DNA of 64,000 nt from a virus: IMG/VR virus record IMGVR_UViG_3300036770_008728, positions 1 through 64,000 of that record; one strand, given 5' to 3'. The number at the start of each line of letters is the position of its first letter. The stretch's first letter is position 1. Below the pieces are notes generated by a model. The model was not told the origin of the DNA. It ran no database searches and saw only the letters and a program-made list of their open reading frames with translations. Positions 47,475 to 57,303 of this stretch are shown here, piece after piece. A program made the translations under genes and the position numbers.

Positions 47475-48833
47475 ATGACAGAGCAGGTTAGCTATACCCA
47501 GCTGAAAGGGCACCGGGGCGGCGTTCGCCTTTGGATTGAAGGTAGTAAATTATCTACCGCCGGCTTCAAACGTGAAGCTCGTTACAACCGCGTCATCAAT
47601 GGTGATGAGATTCACCTGCAGCTGGCGACGAACGGGGAATTCAAAGTCTCTGGCCGCAGCCGCAACGGTGTTGACATTCCCATCATCGACATGTCGTTGG
47701 GCCGGCATAAAGATTTTCCGGAAGGCACTCGTATCCGTGCCGTGTTCTCCAGCGGCAACATCCATATCAGCATCCACCACGAAGACGCGGCACAGAAAGC
47801 CCGTGAAGAGCGCTTTGTGGCCAATGCCTCATCTGGCCAGTTGAGTGAAGGTTCGGCCTGTACCGGCGGTGGCATCAGCACTGCAGCGGTTCACATGGCG
47901 GTGGGTGATGCCGGATTTAATTCCCGGGTCGCCTGGGTGGTCGATACAGAGATTAAGTATCTGCAGTCCGCCTACGCTCAGAACTTCGCTATCACCGATG
48001 AAACGGTGTGTTTTGAGGCCCGACTGGAAGAGCTGGAGCCACACCTGCTGTCGCCGGTGGATATCTTCAGCTTCAGTCTGCCGTGTGCCGGCTTCAGCCG
48101 GTCCGGTACCAGTAAGCATGGCTTGAGTCCGGAAGAGCACGAATCGGGCGTCAGCTTGTTTGGGCTGATGTCGATGATCCGCGCTGCAAATCCGGCGGTC
48201 CTGTTCTCCGAAAACGTTCGGGAAGCACAGGGCAGTCCGATGTACATCCTGATGCAGCAGGAGCTGATCCGCCGTGGTTACCGGATTGTTGAAGCGGTTC
48301 TGGATAACAGCCACACCGGCACCTTTGAAAACCGGCAACGTTACTGGTTCATGGCTATTTCAAATGGTCTGCCTGCTGAGCTGCTGGCCGATGTCTTTAA
48401 GATGGAACCGGCCCGCAAGTTCCACAAATTGGCCGAGCTGCTGGACGCCGAGGTTCCGGACGATGTGTGGGCGGATAACCAGTACCTCAAAGACAAGCAG
48501 GTGCGGGACCAGGCCGCAGGCAAAGGATTCGCAACCAGACAGCTTCTGAGCGGTTCTGAGAGCAAGGTTGGTACCATCGGTCGCTTCTATCACAAACGTC
48601 GCAGCACAGAGCCATTCGTTGTGAATGCTGAGGGGAAAGAGCGCCTGCTGTCGGTCGCTGAACATGCCCGCTGCAAATCCATCCCTGAAGTGCTGGTGGC
48701 CAAATGCAATATGACCACCGGCCATGAAATCCTGGGCCAGTCGGTGGATTTCCAACAGGCCCTTCAACCCATGTACCGACTGATGGTGGCTGTCCGCCGC
48801 TGGCTCGGTATGGACTTAGCGGAGGCTGTATGA
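47475..48833 (+). CDS. DNA cytosine-C5 methyltransferase with N-terminal extension
   Basis: CTGGG (variant motif I), LPCAGFS (IV), ENV (VI), E.RQR (VIII), R.LSV.E.AR (IX), LGQSV (X). Confidence 0.9.
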   Translation: MTEQVSYTQLKGHRGGVRLWIEGSKLSTAGFKREARYNRVINGDEIHLQLATNGEFKVSGRSRNGVDIPIIDMSLGRHKDFPEGTRIRAVFSSGNIHISIHHEDAAQKAREERFVANASSGQLSEGSACTGGGISTAAVHMAVGDAGFNSRVAWVVDTEIKYLQSAYAQNFAITDETVCFEARLEELEPHLLSPVDIFSFSLPCAGFSRSGTSKHGLSPEEHESGVSLFGLMSMIRAANPAVLFSENVREAQGSPMYILMQQELIRRGYRIVEAVLDNSHTGTFENRQRYWFMAISNGLPAELLADVFKMEPARKFHKLAELLDAEVPDDVWADNQYLKDKQVRDQAAGKGFATRQLLSGSESKVGTIGRFYHKRRSTEPFVVNAEGKERLLSVAEHARCKSIPEVLVAKCNMTTGHEILGQSVDFQQALQPMYRLMVAVRRWLGMDLAEAV

Positions 48834-49285
48834 ACACCGGCAAGGTTTTTTACTCCAACTCACGGCGGTATTTGGAAGGCGTTGCCGCCGGCGTTGAGCA
48901 TGTTGGCGACTCCGTTCTGGAAATTGGCGATATCGAGAAGTCCGATAAACCGGGCTACCCGCTCAAACTCGTCATTGAAGATCGTGAAGCCACGGAGCTG
49001 CACGAAGATTTCACCCATTTCGATGCCCGCAAAGGTATCCCGCATATCGAAATCGACAAGCTGTGCTTTGACGACCTAATGAAACTCGGGGAGGAAGGTT
49101 ACTACTTCCCGAAAATTCAAAGTGCCCCAATGCACGAAAGCATGATTATCGACATGCAACTGCTGACACTCAACTGTACCGACGTTGACCGTGAATCGGT
49201 GATTGATTTGCTGGTGCAGTTCACCGACATCCCCCGTAATACGTTGCGCCGGGTGGCCATGATTTACGTGAAGTGGGAGGTGTGA
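48830..49285 (+). CDS. Hypothetical protein
   Basis: GGAGG SD, ATGA overlap. Confidence 0.7.
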   Translation: MNTGKVFYSNSRRYLEGVAAGVEHVGDSVLEIGDIEKSDKPGYPLKLVIEDREATELHEDFTHFDARKGIPHIEIDKLCFDDLMKLGEEGYYFPKIQSAPMHESMIIDMQLLTLNCTDVDRESVIDLLVQFTDIPRNTLRRVAMIYVKWEV

Positions 49286-49286
49286 C

Positions 49287-49514
49287 GTGAACAATCCAAT
49301 TCCACCACACCTCCAGTTTAAAAAGGGCGACAAGCTGGTGTGTGTGAGTACCGTTCTGGGCTCGAATTTGGTTATTGGCCAGGTCTATGAAGCCACTGAG
49401 GACACAGAACCCGGCAATCACCATACACCAGATCCGTTTGTCTGGATTAAAGGTCGTAACGGGAATTCGGTCGGTTGTTACGCTTGGCGATTCGTAAAAG
49501 CGGAGGCCGCATGA
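49287..49514 (+). CDS. Small SH3-like hypothetical protein
   Basis: FKKGDK.VCV...L..G..Y ... WRF. Confidence 0.7.
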   Translation: MNNPIPPHLQFKKGDKLVCVSTVLGSNLVIGQVYEATEDTEPGNHHTPDPFVWIKGRNGNSVGCYAWRFVKAEAA

Positions 49515-49717
49515 CCTGTGAGACCCCGAAGCCCATACGGATTGAGTGTTCTATCTACGGTTATTACTACCCGGACCGAACAACGTTCAGTTGTACTCAC
49601 GGCGGTTGGGAAAGCCAAATCGTGCTGATAGACGACTCCACTTGCCGGGTTCGAGCGCTTGAACGTGTCTCGACCTATGAATTTCTTGAAAAACTTCCTG
49701 AAGAATACGGAGGCTAA
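49511..49717 (+). CDS. Hypothetical protein
   Basis: GGAGG SD before MTCETP. Confidence 0.65.
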   Translation: MTCETPKPIRIECSIYGYYYPDRTTFSCTHGGWESQIVLIDDSTCRVRALERVSTYEFLEKLPEEYGG

Positions 49718-49719
49718 TT

Positions 49720-49920
49720 GTGACCGTCGATGAAATCAAAACGGCTGTTGAAGCCGGCCAGAAAGTTTTCTGGTGCAATCCTGGCTATCAAGTGATTAAG
49801 GACTCGATTGGCCAGTACCTGATTAAATTCATCCCCAACGGCCACTGTATTGGCCTGACCGGGCAGGACGGTGTGACTTTAAACGGCGAACCCGACGAAT
49901 TTTTTGTAGACAACAACTAA
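49720..49920 (+). CDS. Hypothetical protein
   Basis: GGAGG SD; EIK.AV.AG..V.W....Y.V. Confidence 0.75.
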   Translation: MTVDEIKTAVEAGQKVFWCNPGYQVIKDSIGQYLIKFIPNGHCIGLTGQDGVTLNGEPDEFFVDNN

Positions 49921-49948
49921 CCCGCAACAACCAGAAGGATTAACAAAC

Positions 49949-51067
49949 ATGACGGTACTTTATACCGAAAAACTGTATATCAACCACTCCAGCGGCCAAG
50001 CCGGCAGCTGGGAAATCGAAGTGACTGACGCCGGCGCTGACGGTGCTCGAATTGTAACCACGGCCTGTAAAGTAATTGGCGGCAAACCGGTGGAACATAT
50101 TGAGTTCGTGAAGGTCGGCAAGAACGTCGGCCGTGCCAACGAAACTACTCCGCTGCAGCAGGCTATCTCTGAGGCCCAGTCCAAGGCTCAGAAGAAAATG
50201 GACAAGGGTTACACCCGTGAGATCCCAGAAGCCGGCCAGAAAGCGGTGAACAGCCTGGGCCTGACTAAGCCGATGCTGGCGCAGGAATTCACGGGCGTTT
50301 CAAAATGGCCTGTATTTATTCAGCCAAAGCTCGACGGCAATCGCTGTCTGGCTGCTCGTGTTGACGGCAAAGTGAAGCTGTGGAGCCGGGGCGGGAAGGA
50401 AATTAACCTCCCGCATATCATTGAAATACTGGAAGCCAAACTGCCTGAAGGTCTTACTTTGGATGGTGAGCTGTACCTGCATGGTATTGCGTTACAAACC
50501 ATTACCAGCTGGATTAAGAAGCTGCAGCCGGAGTCAGCCAACATCCAGTATCACATTTACGACGTGGTTTCGCCTCAGTGCTACTCAGAACGTGCCGAGG
50601 TATTCAACAACCTGTTCGGTGGCCAGTGCGGCTTGGTCCGGGTGGTTGAGACTTATGCTTCACAGAACGAAGAAGCTATGAACAATCAGCACTCTTCATT
50701 TGTTGCCGCCGGTTATGAAGGCACCATGGTCCGTATGCCCGGTGTGGGCTACGAAGATGGCAAACGCTCCAAGTCCCTGCAAAAACTGAAAGATTTTCAG
50801 GATGGCGAATTTGAAATTGTTGGTATTGAGCGTGGTGTACCTCGGATTGTAAACGGCGGGCAACTGGAAGTTCCGCTTTATGTCTGTAAGGCGCCGAACG
50901 GCAAGACTTTCAATGTTACGGCCCCCGGTGATATGTACCAGAAACATGCTGCATGGGTAAATTCAGAAAATGCCCTGGGTAAGCAACTCACCGTGAAGTT
51001 CTTCAACTGGACACCGGACGGCCTGCCGTTCCTGCCGGTTGCTCTGCGTCTTCGTGACGATCTGTAA
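49949..51067 (+). CDS. ATP-dependent DNA ligase
   Basis: PMLA, QPKLDGNRC, LDGELY, YD, EG.M.R, KLK, C-terminal OB domain. Confidence 0.95.
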   Translation: MTVLYTEKLYINHSSGQAGSWEIEVTDAGADGARIVTTACKVIGGKPVEHIEFVKVGKNVGRANETTPLQQAISEAQSKAQKKMDKGYTREIPEAGQKAVNSLGLTKPMLAQEFTGVSKWPVFIQPKLDGNRCLAARVDGKVKLWSRGGKEINLPHIIEILEAKLPEGLTLDGELYLHGIALQTITSWIKKLQPESANIQYHIYDVVSPQCYSERAEVFNNLFGGQCGLVRVVETYASQNEEAMNNQHSSFVAAGYEGTMVRMPGVGYEDGKRSKSLQKLKDFQDGEFEIVGIERGVPRIVNGGQLEVPLYVCKAPNGKTFNVTAPGDMYQKHAAWVNSENALGKQLTVKFFNWTPDGLPFLPVALRLRDDL

Positions 51068-51098
51068 TTCAATTCAACAATCAGAAGGATTAACAGAC

Positions 51099-51353
51099 AT
51101 GCCTCAGTTATTTCAAATCAGCGTCGGCGGGATGGTGAAGCACATTGACCAAACCGACGAGCAAGCGTTCAACATCCTGAATCAGCAGCTGCGTGGCCCA
51201 GAGGCCCGTGCTCAGGCTCAGGAGCACGACTACAAACTGCCGGAAGAATACGAAGTGACCAAGCTGCTACGCCTCGCTCGGTCCGGGATTTCGGCCTCGA
51301 TGAACGGTGTGGCCATTGACCTTCAGAAACAACCTTCTGAGGTGGCCGCATGA
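51099..51353 (+). CDS. Hypothetical protein
   Basis: Start ATG 51099 by conserved RBS motif. Confidence 0.75.
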   Translation: MPQLFQISVGGMVKHIDQTDEQAFNILNQQLRGPEARAQAQEHDYKLPEEYEVTKLLRLARSGISASMNGVAIDLQKQPSEVAA

Positions 51354-51514
51354 GCAACGTAAATGCTTTCGTTGAAAGTGAAAAACTGTTTGAAGAATTT
51401 GGTGAAGAACATCCTGAATATGCCCGCTATGAATGGGAATCCGCCGTGGTCAATGGTGAAACCATTCTCGGTTACTGGATGTGGGTTCAGGACCAGATAG
51501 AACAGTCCAAGTAA
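51350..51514 (+). CDS. 54-aa acidic protein (not in ORF track)
   Basis: GAGG SD, ATGA overlap; EHP.Y...EW...V.NG.T.LGYW.WV. Confidence 0.7.
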   Translation: MSNVNAFVESEKLFEEFGEEHPEYARYEWESAVVNGETILGYWMWVQDQIEQSK

Positions 51515-51568
51515 AACAAAAAACGCCGGCGGCAACCGTCGCCGGCACAACAATTAGGATTAACGAAC

Positions 51569-52591
51569 ATGAACATGCGTTTTGAATTTCCGGCAGTCAA
51601 AGGTCGCCAGGGTGACCGTGATTTTTATATTGCCTCTATCCCATTTTCAGTACTGGGACGTCTTTTAGAAATTGATGCAGGTAACCCCCTGCAACGAAGC
51701 CAGCGCGTCGTTGATGCTGGCCGAGCAACGGCGATTGTCGATTACTTCTATCAAAACAACGACAACTACGTGCTTCCAAGTTTAACTGGCGTGGTTGAAG
51801 ACCCCAGTTTGGATTTCAAAGATGTCGGCGGTGGCGCCGGAGTTTTATCACTGAAGATGGATGCCATCATCAAGCTGTTTGATGGACAACACCGTGCGAC
51901 GGCTATTACTTCAATTGTGAAATCACATGCTTTCCGCAGTAAATGGGAAGACCAGACCATTGGTGTGCAGCTGTTTGTTGGCATGACCTTGCCACAACGT
52001 CAGCAGGCGTTCTCCGATATCAACAGCAAAGCCAAGGCCGTGAGTAAGTCCCTGAACCTGGCCTACGATGTCCGCGACAAAACAACGGCTGAGTTCCGGC
52101 AACATGCTGAATGGGTGTTCGGGATCCATGTGGACTACGAAAAGAACATAGCGACGAAGGGGCAACTGACGTGGTTCAGCTTCAAACATGTTGTGGATTG
52201 CTTCCGGCTGCTCTGTGGTATGAAAGCCAAAGACAAGTTTACCAAGGCGTCCAGTGAATTAATCATGCGTTGGTTTAACCATGTGGAATTGCGTCGGTCC
52301 TGTGACTGGAATCATGGCCATAAACCAGATCATATCAGCCGAACGGCACTGGGCTTGCTGGCACTGACTCGCGTCTTTAACTATGCCCATTCGGCTCAGA
52401 TCACTCCAGACGAGCTGGCTGTCAGCTTGGCTAAAATTGATTTTAACCGTGAGAACCCGCTGTGGTTAAACGTCTGTGTGGATGCGAAAGGCCGGATGAT
52501 TGCGAACCCGCAGTCAATTAAGGCCACGGCACGGAAGATACTGGAAGCCTGTGAATACACAGTCCCAGCGGATTGTCCGGCTCTTCAGTAA
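51569..52591 (+). CDS. DGQHR-domain / DndB-like protein
   Basis: FPAVKG.QG..FY, QR, DGQHR, Q.FSDIN..A..VS.SL...YD.RD. Confidence 0.9.
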   Translation: MNMRFEFPAVKGRQGDRDFYIASIPFSVLGRLLEIDAGNPLQRSQRVVDAGRATAIVDYFYQNNDNYVLPSLTGVVEDPSLDFKDVGGGAGVLSLKMDAIIKLFDGQHRATAITSIVKSHAFRSKWEDQTIGVQLFVGMTLPQRQQAFSDINSKAKAVSKSLNLAYDVRDKTTAEFRQHAEWVFGIHVDYEKNIATKGQLTWFSFKHVVDCFRLLCGMKAKDKFTKASSELIMRWFNHVELRRSCDWNHGHKPDHISRTALGLLALTRVFNYAHSAQITPDELAVSLAKIDFNRENPLWLNVCVDAKGRMIANPQSIKATARKILEACEYTVPADCPALQ

Positions 52592-52647
52592 TTTAAGAAC
52601 CCGCCGGCGGCAAAGGTCGCCGGCATCAACCATTAGGATTAACGATC

Positions 52648-53445
52648 ATGTCAGCAATGAAATTTCTAAACGGTGTCCTGCACCGCATCACGATTGAACA
52701 AGATTCAGATCCGTTTAACCCACGAACCGACCGCGACAACGTGGGTACCATGGTTTGTTGGCACCGGAACTACAAGCTGGGCGACGAGCAACCAAAAATG
52801 GCGTCTGATGAGTACCGTAAAAATCTGGCTATTAGCTTTGACCCGAAACTCGAAGACAGGCTGGCACGGATTGAAGACCGGTTTGATAAATCGTACTACC
52901 AGCTGACAGGTCCACAGGGTCGTCAACAATGGCGTATTGACTATGATAATGCTCTGGATTCGGCGGTGAACGCGGTGCTGGATAAACACATTGTGCAGCT
53001 TCCGCTGTATCTGTACGACCACTCAGGTATCACGATGCGTACTGGTCCGTTCGGTTGTCGCTGGGATTCCGGCCAGGTCGGATTCATCTACATCACCCGG
53101 GAAAAAATCCAAAAAGAATGGGGATGGAAGAAACTGACCAAAGAGCGCCGTGAAAAGCTGGCTTCCTTCATGGAGTCCGAGGTCGAGGAGTATGATCACT
53201 ACCTGACCGGCCAAGTTTACGGCTTTAAACACGAAACCGCTCAATTGCCCGAGGACTACCTGGTTCTGGGCTTACTGAGCGACGTTCAGGCCTTTGACAT
53301 TCTGCAGCGCAACGTTGATGTCGACCGGCTGGACTGGGAAGAGCAGGACAGCTGCTGGGGCTTCCTCGGTGATGACATAGAGAAGAACGGGATTATGGAT
53401 CACATCCCGAAAGGTCTGGAGCAACTGGCGAGGGACGCCGCATGA
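52648..53445 (+). CDS. Conserved hypothetical protein
   Basis: Conserved RBS motif; LPLYLYDHSG..WDSGQVG..Y.TG.VY..DSCWGF. Confidence 0.8.
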   Translation: MSAMKFLNGVLHRITIEQDSDPFNPRTDRDNVGTMVCWHRNYKLGDEQPKMASDEYRKNLAISFDPKLEDRLARIEDRFDKSYYQLTGPQGRQQWRIDYDNALDSAVNAVLDKHIVQLPLYLYDHSGITMRTGPFGCRWDSGQVGFIYITREKIQKEWGWKKLTKERREKLASFMESEVEEYDHYLTGQVYGFKHETAQLPEDYLVLGLLSDVQAFDILQRNVDVDRLDWEEQDSCWGFLGDDIEKNGIMDHIPKGLEQLARDAA

Positions 53446-53747
53446 TCCAGTTGCATAATCCAATCCCCAAGGAAGTGCTGATTAAGCTCGGCAAGACCCT
53501 GCAGGAGTCTCAAGGATATGAGCTGGGTTATTTCTATGCTGACAAAGAAGAGTTTGGCGAGGTGGGCCTCTGGTTGTGTTTGCCAGGTAATGGTCACCTC
53601 GTAGGCCGACATGTCACCGTTCACTTTGTGGAAACCCACGGAAACTCCAAGGAGTACTTGGAAAGTTTTCAGAAACTGGCTAAGGACCTCAACACGTTAC
53701 TAAGCCTCAAAGTTCCTGAGGCTTGTCGAATACACCTGAAGTGGTAA
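53442..53747 (+). CDS. Hypothetical protein
   Basis: ATGA overlap. Confidence 0.7.
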   Translation: MIQLHNPIPKEVLIKLGKTLQESQGYELGYFYADKEEFGEVGLWLCLPGNGHLVGRHVTVHFVETHGNSKEYLESFQKLAKDLNTLLSLKVPEACRIHLKW

Positions 53748-53797
53748 ATTCCCTGTCGGGGCAAAGGCCCCGACTCTCTAACCATTAGGATTAACAA

Positions 53798-55087
53798 ATG
53801 ACCAATGCACTGCAGAACCTGCCGCCTTTTCCCGAGCCGGTACCCAACCAATACTTCATCGACGGCCGCACCGTAGACCTCTCTGAAGACCAAATTTTAG
53901 TCCGGGATACCATTTTGTCTGGCCGGAACGTTTTCCTGACGGGGGAGCCCGGTACCGGCAAATCGGTGCTGACCAAAGTATTAAAATATGAATTTGCTAA
54001 ACGCCGGAAGTCACTGGTGGTTCTGGCTCCTACAGGAATTGCCGCTTTGAACGTCGGTGGTTCCACCATCCACAAGTTCTTCAAATTCAAAATTGACCCG
54101 CTGGAACCCTACTACGGCGACTCGGTGGGGCGCTCTTTCCGGATGCGTGAACTTATCCGGGCAACAGATGTTCTGCTGATTGACGAAATTTCAATGGTCC
54201 GCAGTGACGTGTTTGTTGCGATGGATAAGGCAATGCGGGGCGCGATGCTGGAACCGAATAAACCGTTTGGTGGTCGGCAAGTGATCTTGGTTGGTGACTT
54301 TTTCCAGCTTCCACCCGTAGTTTCAGACCCGAACCTGTACCCGTGGCTCGACCAATTCTTTGGTGGCCGTGCCGCCTACAACACAGCCAGCTGGGTCGAA
54401 GGTAATTTTGAGTGCCTGGGCCTGACTGAGATGCACCGTCAAACGGGAGACCCGATGTTTGTGAACGCCCTGCGGCATATCCGCAACCGGGACACTCAAG
54501 GTTTTGGGATGGTGAATCAGATGTGTCGGGTGACTCGGGATTTAGAGGGGACCATTATCGTGTTCACTCGGGATGCCGCTCGGGTTATTAACGGCCGGCG
54601 CCTGAACGAACTGGATGCCACACCATTCACCTTCGTTGCAGAGATTGAAAAAGGTGCGGTGGCGCCGGTTGATGCTGAAATCACATTGAAAGTCGGTGCC
54701 CGCGTCATTCTGATGGCCAACACTGATGCTTTTGTGAATGGGGACATGGGTGAGGTTATCGAACTCCGTACAGATACCATTGTGGTGAAACTCGACCGAG
54801 GCCACCGGATTGAAGTATGCCGGCATGTCTGGGAGCAAAAAGAGTACGTGGTGGCTTCCGATGGCCAGATCACGGAAAAGGGTGGCGCTAAATTCTCCCA
54901 GTTTCCTCTGGCACTCGGCTGGGCCATCACAGCGCACAAATCACAAGGCCAGACCCTCGACAAGGTGACGCTGCTGCTCGATACCCGCCCTTTCGAACCT
55001 GGCCAGCTGTATGTGGCCCTGAGCCGCGTTCGCCGTGCAGAAGACCTGCTGCTTGGCCGTCCGTTAGATAACTTTGACATGGTGTGA
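53798..55087 (+). CDS. Pif1/RecD-like SF1B helicase
   Basis: GEPGTGKS, APTGIAA, DEISMV, GDFFQLPPV, AITAHKSQGQTL, YVALSR. Confidence 0.95.
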   Translation: MTNALQNLPPFPEPVPNQYFIDGRTVDLSEDQILVRDTILSGRNVFLTGEPGTGKSVLTKVLKYEFAKRRKSLVVLAPTGIAALNVGGSTIHKFFKFKIDPLEPYYGDSVGRSFRMRELIRATDVLLIDEISMVRSDVFVAMDKAMRGAMLEPNKPFGGRQVILVGDFFQLPPVVSDPNLYPWLDQFFGGRAAYNTASWVEGNFECLGLTEMHRQTGDPMFVNALRHIRNRDTQGFGMVNQMCRVTRDLEGTIIVFTRDAARVINGRRLNELDATPFTFVAEIEKGAVAPVDAEITLKVGARVILMANTDAFVNGDMGEVIELRTDTIVVKLDRGHRIEVCRHVWEQKEYVVASDGQITEKGGAKFSQFPLALGWAITAHKSQGQTLDKVTLLLDTRPFEPGQLYVALSRVRRAEDLLLGRPLDNFDMV

Positions 55088-55094
55088 GGTGAGT

Positions 55095-55583
55095 ATGTCT
55101 GCTGCTGAAAATTTGGATGTGCAAACCGAAATCAAAAAAATGCTGGTCAATCATCCGGATTCGGCGGATGCAGTTATCGCCCAGCTCAAAGACCAGCTGT
55201 TGGCTGAGCTGGTACCAGACGAGCAGTTCCGGGAAATGATTCTGGAAGTAACCGACGGCCTGAAGGGGTATTTAGAGAGCCAAATCGAAAAGGTTTGGTT
55301 TCAAAAACTAATGCCCGAGCTCATTGAGTTCCTGAAAGATACCGGTCGCGACAAAGCGTTTTTGGACCTGATTCGCGCCGACGATCTCTTGATGGATTCT
55401 CTCCGTGAAGACTCAAAGTTCATTGAGATGCTAATTGGGGAGCTTCCAACCCCGAGCGAACTCGACAGCGACGAACTGATTGGTGAAGTGATGAAACGCT
55501 ACCATGCCCATGACATGGATATCCGTCACTTCATCAACGACGTTCAGCTGAACAATCCACTTGTGATGCGGCGCAGGGAGTAA
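55095..55583 (+). CDS. Hypothetical acidic helical protein
   Basis: GAGGTG SD before MSAAEN. Confidence 0.75.
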   Translation: MSAAENLDVQTEIKKMLVNHPDSADAVIAQLKDQLLAELVPDEQFREMILEVTDGLKGYLESQIEKVWFQKLMPELIEFLKDTGRDKAFLDLIRADDLLMDSLREDSKFIEMLIGELPTPSELDSDELIGEVMKRYHAHDMDIRHFINDVQLNNPLVMRRRE

Positions 55584-55586
55584 CCA

Positions 55587-55775
55587 ATGCGTGAAACTTT
55601 TGAGCTGAAGATTTTTGAACGTAACGACCATTTCAATAAACGGAAATGGTTCGAGCTAACCGAACTGAAATCCGGTGAAGTCATTTTTGAACACGAGCTT
55701 CAAGAGCGAGTTCTCAACTATGCAGAAGAGTTCGTGAAACTTCGGCCGGGCCAATACAAACTTCTAAAAAATTAA
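55587..55775 (+). CDS. Hypothetical protein
   Basis: GGGAG SD. Confidence 0.7.
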   Translation: MRETFELKIFERNDHFNKRKWFELTELKSGEVIFEHELQERVLNYAEEFVKLRPGQYKLLKN

Positions 55776-56072
55776 GGAAATTCAAATGCGTATTAATGTT
55801 TACAGTCAAGAGCTTACAAACGAAGTGATTTTGGTTGCCAAAGAAAGTAACACCGAAGTCACTTATCATGCAGCACAACTGATTTTGCATAGCAGTGAAC
55901 GACTGCACCATCCACCACAAGATGATGACCGCAGCGCCGTTACTTTTTGGCTTCCAAAATCTAAAGCTCGGCGGGAAGAAATGGCCGTAGCTTTTGAACG
56001 TATAGCCGAAATTTTTCGGACGGCTCCTTCAGAGACTGGCTTGGACTAACCCGCTTCTAAAAAATTAAGGAA
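55761..56072 (+). repeat. 19-bp direct repeat flanking gene 55786-56049
   Basis: CTTCTAAAAAATTAAGGAA at 55761-55779 and 56054-56072. Confidence 0.9.
55786..56049 (+). CDS. Hypothetical protein
   Basis: AAGGA SD; MRINVYSQELT..DDDRSAVTFW. Confidence 0.8.
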   Translation: MRINVYSQELTNEVILVAKESNTEVTYHAAQLILHSSERLHHPPQDDDRSAVTFWLPKSKARREEMAVAFERIAEIFRTAPSETGLD

Positions 56073-56105
56073 TTCGACAATGACCCACCGTACAATCCAT
56101 CCACC

Positions 56106-56405
56106 ATGACTGCAGGTATTACCATGAAGAAGAAAAAAGTCCCGACCCTCAACGCACAACTGACAGATCTGCCCGAACTCACCCAGATGCAGCAGCTGAG
56201 TAGCGATATTCAGAAGCTGCTACCTTTGGCTTCACAGGACATTCCAACCATCCACAACGGGAAGTCCTGGCGCCAAGTAGACTTCCTAAAACTCTGTCAC
56301 CAATGGTTTGTGCTTGCACAGAAACATCAGGTACCCAGTGATGGGATGCGGGCATTCCTTCAGCCTCACCGTGCGAAACTCACTGAGTTAGGTCTGGACA
56401 TCTAA
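56106..56405 (+). CDS. Hypothetical protein
   Basis: ORF followed by hairpin AAGTTTGGGGG..CCCCCAAACTT. Confidence 0.65.
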   Translation: MTAGITMKKKKVPTLNAQLTDLPELTQMQQLSSDIQKLLPLASQDIPTIHNGKSWRQVDFLKLCHQWFVLAQKHQVPSDGMRAFLQPHRAKLTELGLDI

Positions 56406-56496
56406 AAAGTTTGGGGGGCTTTTCGTACCCCCAAACTTCGTTAAAATACGCCAAGGACGACAAAGGTCGGCCGTTAAATGATTAGGATTAACAAAC

Positions 56497-57303
56497 ATGC
56501 AACTCAATGCGTCTGCCGCTTTTACGGTAATCACACGTCATCGGAAAATTCCACCAGCCACGGATACCCGGCCACAAGCAGAACCACAGCCGCACTTCGG
56601 CGTGTCTGAAGTCAACGGCGTGAAATACATCTTCCAGGATACATGCCCAGAGGGTATGCCTTTGGTCGCTTGGGAAGACCGTTTCTCCAAGCGTTCCGGT
56701 CGCAGCACAGAAGAAGCAGGTATCGGCGGGTGCTGTGCTCACAACCTCAATACGATTAACCTGTACCGCAAGGTTTCAAGCAATCAATGGGCTGAGTTCC
56801 TAAAGATTGCCAGCGACCCGCTGGTTCAGCTGTTTATGCCAGTACCGGCCGAGGCAAAGCCATTTCAATCCAATGTGCTGATCTTGGACCAGAACCTGTG
56901 TAAGAGCTGGTACTTTCTGCTCAAAAATTTAGAGCGTTTGTGCTCACCGATGTACACAAAAATCTGGCCATGGGGTGACCAGCAAGCACAGGACCGCTAC
57001 CGTGAACTGTCACTCACCAATATCCACCCGGTTGTTTACACGTTCAAGGCCGCGAAGCATGACTTCAATGAAATTCGCCAGTTTATTTCAGCGGCACGAA
57101 ACAGCGACGTTCGCCGGCCAGTGTTACTGGTGGCTGATACACCTCTGGTGGCCAAGCTGGCAGAAATCAAAGGGACGGAGGTTATCCAATCCGGTCTGGT
57201 TGATAACTGCCTGACCAGTAACATGATCACCTTACCGTTGGAGCACATTGGTACCCGAGTTCTGGGTTACTACGCCCAGCATGACACCATAGAGCTCCGC
57301 TGA
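56497..57303 (+). CDS. Hypothetical protein
   Basis: Conserved RBS motif. Confidence 0.8.
   Translation: MQLNASAAFTVITRHRKIPPATDTRPQAEPQPHFGVSEVNGVKYIFQDTCPEGMPLVAWEDRFSKRSGRSTEEAGIGGCCAHNLNTINLYRKVSSNQWAEFLKIASDPLVQLFMPVPAEAKPFQSNVLILDQNLCKSWYFLLKNLERLCSPMYTKIWPWGDQQAQDRYRELSLTNIHPVVYTFKAAKHDFNEIRQFISAARNSDVRRPVLLVADTPLVAKLAEIKGTEVIQSGLVDNCLTSNMITLPLEHIGTRVLGYYAQHDTIELR

Noticed and set aside
40073-53800. Recurring repeat as a CRISPR array or integron attC sites
   Set aside because: Irregular kb-scale spacing with whole genes between, no cas genes, no GTTRRRY/RYYYAAC cores, integrase not IntI-like
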